The translations under genes and the position numbers were made by a program. Below, in pieces: positions 39,830 through 50,480 of a stretch of DNA of 64,000 bases. The notes below the pieces were generated by a model, which was given only the letters and a program-made list of their open reading frames with translations, did no database searches and was not told the origin of the DNA. Numbering within the stretch: the first letter of the stretch is position 1; each line of letters starts with the position of its first letter. Origin of the DNA: Nemertoderma westbladi. Its lineage: Eukaryota > Animalia > Xenacoelomorpha. The stretch lies in assembly GCA_032718475.1 (NCBI GenBank), contig JAUCBJ010005615.1:14354-78353 (forward strand). The letters are read 5' to 3'.

Positions 39830-40663
39830 TAAACACCATGGTTACGGATATTATATTTAGGAGTGTAAATTGAGTTCAGTAGATTCCACAGATTGGTGCC
39901 AACAGTACAACAACCAAAGGTGCTAAAGGTTAGTAGCACCAGCGACGTACACAGACCCCACTCAGTAGTTTGTAGTGGAGAGAGGTGTTCGATAATCAAA
40001 CCCGTGGGTTTGGTATAGTCGAGCAAATAATGTCTGTTCTAACTACTGTATTCTAGTACAAGTATTTGGGGAGTAATTTGGGCATCAAAAAAGTGAGTCG
40101 GTCACGGCCAGTTTATCTCCAAAGTTTTTGCGCTATGCATGGGAATAGATATAGACGGTAGCTTAGGAATGAGACGGGATCTAGAGAGCCGAACCTGAAC
40201 TGCTGGAAGGCGGGCCAGGTAGCTCGGGATGTCGAGCCAAGACTGGTATGGGCTTTATAGCTCATTTATTGTCTAATTGGGTTTTAAGTTGAAGACGCAG
40301 AAGAAGTATGAGGAGGCGTACAGTGAATATAATACGCCGTCGGGAGCTGAGTTCAAATCCCATTTCAAGTGACAAGCGTTGGTATATTGGAACATTTGCG
40401 CACCACCTCGTGCTTCGTTGCAGTATTATCTATTGTTGGAATCAAACACGGTAACTTGCTTGATAACAGACATAGTCGCGAGAATTTTGAAGCGCCATCC
40501 GTTGGTGTTTGGAGGAGCCCAGAAGGACGAAAGCGATCCGATGAGTAACCCGATGATAACCGTCAATTTTAGCGGAAAGAAACCCCCAACGTCTGTTACA
40601 CCGACGACTACGATTCCGGATCCTTATATAGTGAGATTGGAACTCATACTACTCCTGCCTTAG
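39830..40663 (+). pseudogene. Highly decayed integrase remnant of the BEL element
   Basis: Fragments in the expected order: SRPVYLQ (cf. TRAVHLE), WNICAPPRAS (cf. WxFNPPxAP), VARILKRHPL (cf. VEAILNSRPL). Many stops and frameshifts; no protease, RT or RNase H motifs seen. Confidence 0.5.
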
Positions 40664-41638
40664 TCGAGATGTCGATGTGAGTGCCGATGAGGTAAAGATA
40701 CGACCGAAAAGACAACGCAAGCTGTTCCGACATCCAGTAGACTCGCGCCGTCCATCCGTCTACTAACCATACCCACGATCCGCGATTTATACGATATTTT
40801 ACTCCAAATTATTTCGGGAAGTTTCGACGCACGTATTATTAAGCCCGAATATGTCCAATGCGTTATATATCATCGTCGCTCTGATATATACGTCTAGATT
40901 TATTGCCCACCCATCACAAGTGGATTTTAATATATGTTATACTTATTTTTCATTTGATTTAGTTTAGACAGAATTTTTTTTATATAAAAAAGAAGGCCGA
41001 AAAATATTGAAAGGAAATACTTCTACTTTATAGTCCGTTGGAAATAGTAAATACTTTATACTATATTTGATTTTGTGTATATGACTTTATTTGCTCTAAA
41101 GTTTATTGAAAGAGGCAAAGGAAGTGATTGGGGAGACAAACCCGCGGGTTTGGCTTACTCCTTTCACTTACCTGAGCAATCATCAAACCAAGATGATTTG
41201 CGTTATTTATAAGAAATTAAGTAAAGTCCGAAAATGAAAGAAATTATTACGTATTTTATATTTAATTTGATTGTCAGCCTTAAATGCTATAATATTTAGT
41301 TAAACATTTAGCCTCAAATACGTTTTATATTTTAGTTCTTTTGTTATTATTGTTCTCTATAATTTGAGATGGGAAATGGGGGACATTGTCCTAGCCATGT
41401 TCCATTTCAATAAGTAAATTGTTAATTTGTAAATAATTCGAAGGAAGTATATTTTGTAATCTAATTTGTATTTGTATGTAATCATTTATGCAGTAAAGGT
41501 AGCAATATTTTGTATGTATTAGAATTATAATAGAACCAAGTTTATTGATTTATTTGAAAGTAAATTTTATTTGTTATTCCACACCGCCATATTTCTTCTA
41601 CAATTGGAGAGAAACATTACATGTTTCCCTTGGAGCGG

Positions 41639-43425
41639 TGTTGCGATATATGGCGTTGTGTACAGAACAACCCGTTATACAGTATAAAATAAGTTAGATA
41701 AGTGCGTATTGATGTGCAACCGTAATAATTAGATAGGGTAAATAAAAAATACACAAGTTCATTTTATATTCAGTCGATTTTATACAGTATGTAGCCCTAT
41801 TTACGTCATTTTATAATAAAACCCTGATATATTCATTTGCGGTGGCAAAATTCTTTAAAACAAAATATGAATTTTGCCGTTTTCCAATATCTATCGAATC
41901 TAATACATTTATGCTAATTTTATTTACATATCCCTATAAATCGATGTTTATGCTAAAATAACGCCTAAATTGTGCTTTTAATAATCGCCAAATTAAGTTG
42001 AGGCGATTACGTGCATTAATGATCCCAAATTGAGTTCTGCCCACTGGTTGGTCGAAAATCCAGCTGAGACAACCCTGGATGTCGCCTGATTATGTGAGCA
42101 AATTTGGACTTTGCGTCATTCCTACAGTTTTGCAGTAGCCATCTTTATTCTTCGTTTTTTGCACTTCCGTTGGTTGTAAATGTTGCTGCTTTCTTCATAC
42201 ATTTGTGACTTTTGAATATGATTACTGCTTAGTCTGACTGTTGATTATATATTTCTGATTGCAAATATAATTGCCGCAATGTAGTGAACCAAAATCAACG
42301 TTTGTTTCCTTCGACTGTCTGACTGTCTGATTGGTTTTTACTATGTTTGCGCCGTCACGGTAACTGCCCTCTTTAACATGTTGGGCTAGGGGTAGGCGCC
42401 GCGGGCTCACTGTTTGGAAGCGACGGGAGAAGTTGGAGGATCCAATGCACGGCACTACCGGCGGGGCTGGTGGCTGCGGTTGGCTGAATTAAGTTTAGGA
42501 CCGAGGGCCGGTCGCCATTAAGGCTGTAAGGGGCAAGGCGACCTAGATCTTGTCTCTCAGATTTGCTATTAGGCTAGCTAGGTTTAGGTAGAAAGATCAC
42601 ATTGATCTGGGGTGACCTTAGCCGTTTACGCTTGCTAATGCTACGTTTATGCTAATGCTACTTTATGCTATGCTACACTAATGCTAACGCTACGCTAATG
42701 CTAACGCTATTTATGTGTAATGTTTTAGATAGGTGCTATATACCGTACCTTGATTGTTTCTGTTTTCTATTTATGCTTGTTAAATTACTGTTAGCTCCAA
42801 TAATACGGTATTTAGGCTGTCTTTAGTGTAGCCCAGTAACGTAACTAATTAGCGTTACAAATTCTGGAATACCTAATAATTAGTTCGCAACCCCGTACAT
42901 TTGAGTAAATGTAGTTTATGTATGATAGTATTTAGAATAAAATAAGGACTTCGTACGCTGCATAGCGGAGAATAGTTTTAGTTATTTACACTTAGGAAAT
43001 ACAGAAATATCTTTGGACAAATTTACACTAGGTGGTTATCTAAAAAATAGTGGGTTTGCAAGTCTACAGTAGTTGCAAGCGTAGCGAGCAGTAATATAGC
43101 TGATTACAGTCAGCGCTAAGGGTACCAGGGTTTAGGTAAATAATTTCCCCCCTTTTGCATTATTAAATATTCTCACATTCAACATTTGTCCGCCTGACGA
43201 ACTGCTTTATTTCTCTGTGAAGGGTGAACAATTGGAGTGTTAAGTCACCAACACTCGTATTAAGTAGCTTGGGAAGCCAAATCAGATTTATTGTTTTGGT
43301 TGTTTCTGTTTCGGCTTGTGTTTAGGGCAATTAGCTTGGTATGTTATAGTTTGATTAACCTCATTGTTTCATTCGAAAATACGAACATATCAAAAGGAAG
43401 AATCCCCTTTGAGATTTCTTTAACA
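41639..43425 (+). repeat. 3' LTR (1787 bp)
   Basis: Same termini as the 5' LTR, with only scattered substitutions and short indels (roughly 99% identical by eye). Preceded by a short purine-rich GGAGCGG. Confidence 0.95.
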
Positions 43426-44490
43426 TTATAAATGATAGAAACTGCACAAATTAAATTAGTTGCTGTATAAATAAATGTAAAAGTGACATAAATTATGTTA
43501 TAAATAAGTTAGCTTATATTTATGGTGGCGTTTGGCAGTTTGGAGCCATGTTATAATAATGTCAAATGTAGCTAGGCCCTACTGGCTGACTGGCTGACTG
43601 GTTATTAATAGATATACCCCGCGGGTGTTTGAAAAAGGTGGACTGGACACAGAAAACATGGACAATGGACTGATGGACAGACCAATCACGGGCGATTTGC
43701 GTCACACAGCAAGTCCACCTTTTTCAGCTTTGTTGTCCACCTTTTTCAAATTTGAATAAGGTGGACTGGGTTGAGAAAGAACAGGCAATGAATTGACCAA
43801 TCAGATTCATTTGCACATTATAGCAGCTCTGTCCACGTTATTCAAATATTAAAGAAGGTTTTTATGGATTATTATTGTTATTATTATCCCATACTTACTG
43901 TGATTGTGTTGTAAGCTGGTAAGTCTATAGGGGGGCAATCTGCGCGGGGGGGGGGGGGGGGGGGGGGGGGTAGATACGGCTAGGACACCGGCAGGCGACA
44001 GCATTCTTAATGCCTGTAATGCAGCTGCTTCCAGCATCCAGCATGCCCATTATACGATTATAGATAGATAATTGAAACCTGAAAAACTTGGACAGTCCAA
44101 TCACTAATAAATAGCATTGCTTTAATACGTTTCTGATTGGTCAGACTATTATCTATGTTTTTTGTGCATGTGTCCAGTCCACCTTTTTCAAACACCCATA
44201 TACCCCGCCTACCGGTAGGTATTGCAGTAGGCCTATTTGGCTGTCAGGCAAATTTCCACCTATTGTTTATGTGGTAACCATTGACGCCTTAACTTTACAG
44301 CTCGCCGTCATTGGTTACTACATACTACCTGACTACATAAACATGGGACATTACAACACCCACTACAATACTAATTATACAGACCAATACAATGTTGTAA
44401 GTTACAGTATGTCGTCTAAGGTTGTAAAGTGCTAAATAACAAATCGCTGTTAATAACGGCGCTGAGTAATGTTACAATTTGGAATAAAAT
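43426..44490. mobile_element. Right part of a third hairpin-element core, split by the BEL insertion (left part about 31680-31745)
   Basis: Sequence after the 3' LTR continues the core consensus (TGATAGAAACTGCACAAATT...GTAATGTTACAATTTGGAATAAA); the palindrome is decayed at 44260-44345. Confidence 0.75.
43623..44197. mobile_element. Mutator-like (MULE) MITE
   Basis: TIR GGGTGTTTGAAAAAGGTGGACTGGACACA...TGTGTCCAGTCCACCTTTTTCAAACACCC; 11-bp TSD ATATACCCCGC. Confidence 0.85.
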
Positions 44491-45978
44491 GTTTTTCATA
44501 CCTTCATTCCAGCATTCCCTTAACCTGCATAATATCGGGAGGTGTAAAGAGGCAGGCAGCGCAGGTTTACTGGGTTAGCAGGCAGGACTATTTGACTATA
44601 CTGTAACTGTACTGTGTGTACTCCAGTTATATATATTATACGGTCTGACGGCTGGACGGTGGACGGTCCGGTCAGACGGTAGGTCCCCTACTACGCATAT
44701 CTAAACTAAAGATCACGCATACTATCTGACTATCAGATTAGTACAGCAAGAGGCAGAGAGGTCCAGAGGCTGAGACGAGCTGCACTGTATTTAGTAAGGT
44801 TCTATAAAAAATATATATAATAATAAATAAATATAATTAAATATAAATGATATAAATATATAATATAATAATGTCTAATGCCGTAATGTACCCGTACCGT
44901 TCCTGTACCAGGAGTGCAGGACCAGCTGGCTGACTTGACTGGACTGGTAGTGTAGGGTACTTCAAATTTCCCGCCAACTTGTATCCACATGATGATTGTA
45001 AGCAAAAACGTGGGAACACGAACAGTAGTAACGAGTCGACTAAAAAATTATTGCTGTTTTTCACCGAACCTTGCATGGCATAGTAAATGTTTCGGGTGAT
45101 TATGGTAGGAAATTTTATTGCGATCAATAATCCGACTCGACTGATGCCCAGCTTCCATCATTTATTGTTTTGTGTAATTTACAATTAAAAAAATTGTCCC
45201 CAGGAACGGTTTAAGACAATTCGAATTCAACCAATTGCGTCCATATATTTTAGTAATTAAATTACTGTTGAAATGAACAAATGATACATGTTTACATTAC
45301 AATTAAACTTTACATCATTGGAATCCCATCTTATGACGTACTTTAATGATAATTTTCATTTCAGACACACTTCATATATTTTTGCTGGAGACGATATAAT
45401 GTAAAGTGAGTTATTCAATGTAGAGTATTTGGCTGGAAGCTTAAATGGTTTTTTAAATATATTAAGATAAAGATATAAACCTGAATTTAAGATTGATATT
45501 GATCCTGCAATGGTATGTTATTAAATACATTTTTGTACAATACTGAAACAAAACACAACTGGTTCGATATTTGGAAAGCCCAGAAAATTCTGCATCTATT
45601 ATGCCTAAAAACGCAAAATCGACCATGTGGTCCCCAGGTACCTTTTCTCGCAACCAGCCACATATATAAATTTTGAACATAAACATTATTATTATTATTA
45701 ATGTACAACACTTCATTATCGTGTTAAAACGATATAGCAAAGTTAAAATTAAGCATCAGTTAATTAAAATATTTATAATTTACCGACGACATGCAAGGTG
45801 TAATACATTATCTTCTGGACTACTATAGTAGGAAGCCAATTATTCGATTTAATAAATACACAGAATTCTGTTCAATGTGTTCAAAGAATTCTGTTTATCA
45901 ATTTTATAAAAAATTTATATAAATATAAATTTCCGTTGGTTTGGTTAGTCGACACTGACGTCAATGTAGCCTCAACGG

Positions 45979-46609
45979 CAGGGCCGGATTAACCTAAAAG
46001 CAAACTCGGCACGTGCCTAGGGGCCTCTGCTCAAGAGGACCTCAAAAAAAATTTATAATATGCATTAAAAATAAAACAAAAATGTTGTTAAACAAATAGT
46101 CATTCTCATTTATGTGCGTTAATTATTCATGATATTAATGAATAAAAATAATAATAATAGATAAAAAAAAAAAAAACATTGCATAAATATATAAATATTT
46201 AAACCGGTTTAAAAATAGTCAGTACCTAGAAAGAGGAAATTTAAATAATAATGATAATATTTGTGCCCAAAAACTAGGGGCCTCCTCTACAGGTAGTTCC
46301 CCTTCCCAAGTACTCTACAAACATACGCACCCAGCAACTTTACCGGTTATATTGACTGTAACCATTGTCGCTCTATACAGCTTTGCCAATTCCTGAGCGC
46401 GTATTCATTTTTATTTAGAATTAAAATTTTATTATTTTTGATGCAATTGGCAACATTATTTTTTATGAAGAACAATTCGAGTAGAAATATTTTATGCGAA
46501 ATACTGTATATACAAAAATCCAACCCCCCTCACCTGAAAAAATTTTGGGGTGGGTCCTCAAATGCGTCTATGCCTAGGGGCCACACATATGCTTCTTAAT
46601 CCGGCTCTG
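45979..46609. mobile_element. hAT-superfamily MITE upstream of GCSH
   Basis: TIR CAGGGCCGGATTAA...TTAATCCGGCTCTG; 8-bp TSD CTCAACGG on both sides. Confidence 0.88.
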
Positions 46610-46971
46610 CTCAACGGTGATCATCATTGATCAGATCAACCTTAATGTACTTTGTGGTCTTGATAATCTTTGTATCCAACAATTTTTGACGTACAGTAAG
46701 AGTCCCACAAATCTCCGCGGAAGATCCAAGATGTTTGTGTTCATTTACATTGTAATAATATCATTATAATCATGAATCATTTATTGCATGGTTATGAGCA
46801 CCTGTTGCATGTTGTGTTGTGTAGGCTAATCTTGAACGAACCAAATCCTTCCATCTTTAACCTCCAATAGACTGAAGGCCATTATTATTGAGCCAAGAAT
46901 CAGAGATTAACTATATTATTGTTTGATCATAGCAAATTCTGTTTTATATTATTTTTGACTACCTATTTGGA

Positions 46972-47490
46972 ATGGCTGCCACTACCGGTATGCGATGTGT
47001 ACGGCGTCTCAACCACCGAGGACTATGTCTGAACGGCAGACTATGGACTATATGCCCCAGAATCGAGCCCATACGCAACGTGAGTGTGTCACGAGGAATA
47101 AACTGGGCTAAACACTACACAGAGAAACACGAATGGGCGGAGATCCGGGACAACACGACCGTGGCGACCATCGGGATTACGAACCATGCGCAGGATGCAT
47201 TGGGCGATGTCGTCTACGTGTCGTTACCCGAAGTCGGGGACAACGTGAGCAAAGATGGAGAGTGCGGAGCTCTGGAGAGCGTTAAAGCCGCCTCCGATGT
47301 CTACAGTCCTGTTGAGGGCGAGGTTGTTAAGGTTAACGAGAAGTTAGAGGGAGACCCCGGACTGGTTAATCGCGACCCCGAGGGGGAGGGGTGGTTATAC
47401 CAAATCAACATGGCTGATTCCACTGATGTCGACGGTTTAATGTCGGAGGAGCAATATAATGAGTTTGTTAAGGACGACTCGAAACAATAA
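46972..47490 (+). CDS. GCSH: Glycine cleavage system H protein, mitochondrial (intronless CDS)
   Basis: 172 aa. Arg-rich N-terminal transit-like peptide, then YTEKHEW...IGITNHAQDALGDVVYVSLP...ESVKAASDVYSPV (lipoyl-lysine motif)...VNRDPEGEGWL. Confidence 0.96.
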   Translation: MAATTGMRCVRRLNHRGLCLNGRLWTICPRIEPIRNVSVSRGINWAKHYTEKHEWAEIRDNTTVATIGITNHAQDALGDVVYVSLPEVGDNVSKDGECGALESVKAASDVYSPVEGEVVKVNEKLEGDPGLVNRDPEGEGWLYQINMADSTDVDGLMSEEQYNEFVKDDSKQ

Positions 47491-48443
47491 TAGTTGTACA
47501 ATATAAATTAAATAGTAAAATAATATAATATTCACAGTATAATTTATTATGTTACTATGCTGACATTCAGGCGGAGGGAGATGTAGTCACTGCTTCTGTG
47601 GTGTTTGGAAGAAGAGATAGACAGTTCAATTTGCATTGCATTAGTTGAACTACAATATTATTTAGTCACTTTTTTGTAGTTGACAGATTTTGTAATAATG
47701 ATTTTTGCATTTTATATAGTATGCCAATTATAAAGTATATAAGTACAATTTGCCCACCGCGTCCGCGTATGATTATAATTTGAATGAATTAATTGAAATT
47801 TTCATTGTAATTTTGAGATGTGTGAGATTTATATTAAGTGATATTAATTTAAATAATGAAAAGGCCATTTGATAATTTCTATTCTATATTGATAATTATA
47901 AACCATTGCAGTCAACTACAGGGCGGGACTGTCTTCTAATTAGTTGGGAATTCCTTTAGAAGATAGGCCGACCAGTTGTGTTTACATATTTTAACGCATA
48001 TTGTAAGTAATTATTAATTATATTTAACGATTCCAGAAATCATGCTTTAATCTTAAATTGTTACTTTTTCCCTTGAATTTAGACCAAAATCGGGAGTAAA
48101 AGTATCACTTTTTTTCTTAAATTACATTACATATATTGAAAAAGCATCGACGTAGAAAAGGTTTGCACGTTCTTTGAGAAAAATCCATACAAGCACTCAA
48201 AAGTTATGGCAAATTTAGTGTCTGCAAGGCGAACTCCAAAACGAAACTCATTCAAACTAAATCATTTAACATTGAGTAAGGGAGCATCAGGAGTTGAAGA
48301 GTACAATAATTGGAATCGCAGTAACTATGGAAACAACATAGTAAAATACTACAGCTTAATTTATTTTGTAACACTATATATGGCTGTACGTTTTATTAAA
48401 GAATTGAATAACAAAAAAGTACCAATTTAAGAATAAAATTACG

Positions 48444-48576
48444 TATTACATGGGGAAAAAACGTAGAACATATTTTTTTCAATATTCTCTCGACCCTTTA
48501 TTAACCTCGCTGGCAATCGGTAAATAAAATGCCTCGAGAATAGTGAAAAAAAGTTCTACTTTTTTCCCATGTAATA
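48444..48576. repeat. Isolated long imperfect hairpin (module-A-like architecture)
   Basis: TATTACATGGGGAAAAAA.GTAGAAC...GTTCTACTTTTTTCCCATGTAATA arms. Confidence 0.55.
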
Positions 48577-48925
48577 AATAATTATTTCGTTTTTTTTTGT
48601 AAAATAACACTTATTTTATTGTATCGTAATCTACAGTGGCTGAATGTGGCCAGTTTCAACCCGGGTGGGGCTTATCACTTACGCCTTTAGTACCCGAACC
48701 ACCCCCCACAATGATCTATAATGGTTTGGGTAACACCACCAATGGTAGCTAGGGCTAGTCTTTACTTTAGGAGTGATTTCCGCCGACTCCCCCCCCACCC
48801 CCATATGGGGGTAATTCACAGGAGGAAGTTCTAAGCTTTAATATTAGCTTGACCTTCGACTTAACACATTTGTAAATGAGTGGATAACTTTAAGGAAAGC
48901 AATAAACTCAATAACATTGAGTAAA

Positions 48926-48985
48926 GGCGGGGTAGCTCAGTTGGCTGAGCGCCGGGCCTGCAATCTATTGGTTGTAGGTTCAGTT
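48926..48985 (+). pseudogene. tRNA-derived head (SINE or tRNA pseudogene)
   Basis: GGCGGGGTAGCTCAGTTGGCTGAGC has an A box and D-arm; GCA anticodon-like loop with unpaired stem; partial B box GGTTCA; no 3' acceptor stem. Confidence 0.55.
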
Positions 48986-50313
48986 TTTGAAATTTTCATG
49001 TTGAACCAACTTTTGGCACCCAGTGAAAAGTAGCATGTACCACATCAACCATTCACCTGGAAAATATTTCCATCATGTACGTTTGCTATTCTTGAAAACC
49101 TTTATACGTCGCAAATGGTGGCTGATTGAAACTTTCATGGTGAACCAATTTTTGGGTACCCATTGGTTTTCATGAAATATTTCGAAAACTGAGAAAGGTA
49201 TGACAAAACCGATTGCATATTTGAAATCTCCATAAACTTTCAGATAATATACAACAATTTTATTGTCATTATCAAATATATAAACCGCCACGACAACGTT
49301 GAAAAATCGACCCACTAATTTTTTGGCCTTGCTGCCATTTGGCAGGCCGATGGTACCAGTTAAAATAACTGGGACCACCCCTACCTTGGGGTAGCAGTTA
49401 TCGAAAGAGCAGCATTCGGTTAGCCTCCGGTCTCGGCCGGGCGAATATGCCAGAGAAATTCCAACCTCGCAGAACTAAACTCTCCAAAGGAAATGGCAAT
49501 GGCACTCATACCGGGAACTCAGGACTGGAAGCAGAACCTGGTTAATTATAAATATACAGATGTAAATTTAAATCCCAGCTTATTTTTCTTTACATTATTA
49601 CAACGAGCGTTTAAATAAAACAAAGTGACTATGTAATGAATTTTGTATAATTTTTTAATGAATGTTAATTTATTTTTGTTTTATTTCAGGCTCTAAAGGA
49701 GCAGCCCATAAAAACCGATATAATTGCATTTTGCACAACAAAAGGATAAAAAGAGAAACCGGTAAATTTTAGAATGGAAGAAAGAAACATATTTGCAGTT
49801 TTTTATGCACTAGATTTCAAATATGAAACAATTTTAGTTACAGGGGCTCAACAAAATTAATTTTATCAAACAATAATGTTATATATAAGTTTCAGGGGTA
49901 TATTAATTAAAAGTAGCTCAATTTTTTGTTTACATATTTGCCCCCAAGGTTATTATTATTATATATTGCCTGGCAACATTGATAAATTAATAAAATATAA
50001 GGAGCTACTAGCTCTACAACACAAAACAAATGACACCATACCACTCGTGAACATAATATTATTGGGCATAAAACCTTAAAAGATATTATTTTAATATAGA
50101 AATATGCTGGGATGACAACAAATAAATCAACTAAATGTTGAAGTACAGTTTATATTGCTTTGAGTCGAAGTTATGAAAAGTCAGTTTAGCTTAAAAAAAG
50201 GGAATAACCAGTCAAATACAAGTGAGTATGGCAAAACCAGGAGAGTATAAGGTATTAACCAATTTGAGTACCAAACTGCGAGTTCAATCAAGGTAGACAG
50301 TTACGTTGACGAC

Positions 50314-50475
50314 TCAATAGGGGCTCCTGGAGCGGTATTCGTCGTATCTAGGTGACCCCCTACTGCGACGGTAGTAGGGTGAGCGGGAGCGCGAGCGGCT
50401 CCTCCCGCCACGGCGAAACGGGGATCGGCGGTCCCGGTCGCTCATCTCACGAACTCGAACGTACGAAGACTCGCC
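50314..50475 (-). CDS. SRSF1: SRSF1/9 family last coding exon (end of RRM2 + short RS domain)
   Basis: TCTGTTTAG|GGC GAG: GESSYVRVREMSDRDRRSPFRRGGRSRSRSRSPYYRRSRGSPRYDEYRSRSPY-TGA. Continues HE|GE as in SRSF1. Not in the ORF track because it has no start codon. Confidence 0.9.
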   Translation of the reverse strand, partial: GESSYVRVREMSDRDRRSPFRRGGRSRSRSRSPYYRRSRGSPRYDEYRSRSPY

Positions 50476-50480
50476 CTAAA

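Larger units (their letters stand above)
31746..43425 (+). mobile_element. BEL/Pao LTR retrotransposon, non-autonomous/defective, 11.68 kb
   Basis: Two direct LTRs with TGTT...AACA ends; 5-bp TSD TTATA (31741-31745 / 43426-43430); internal BEL-type gag. Confidence 0.93.

Noticed and set aside
10839-47490. Serine/glycine metabolic gene cluster (SPTLC2 + GCSH)
   Set aside because: The genes are 34 kb apart, separated by transposons, with no shared regulatory evidence; chance neighbourhood is sufficient.
48926-48985. Functional tRNA-Cys gene
   Set aside because: The anticodon stem does not pair, the T-arm is truncated, and there is no 3' acceptor strand.
49660-49700. Strong plus-strand acceptor TTTTGTTTTATTTCAG
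   Set aside because: There is no convincing downstream ORF or assignable upstream donor; it may be a UTR intron or chance in AT-rich DNA.
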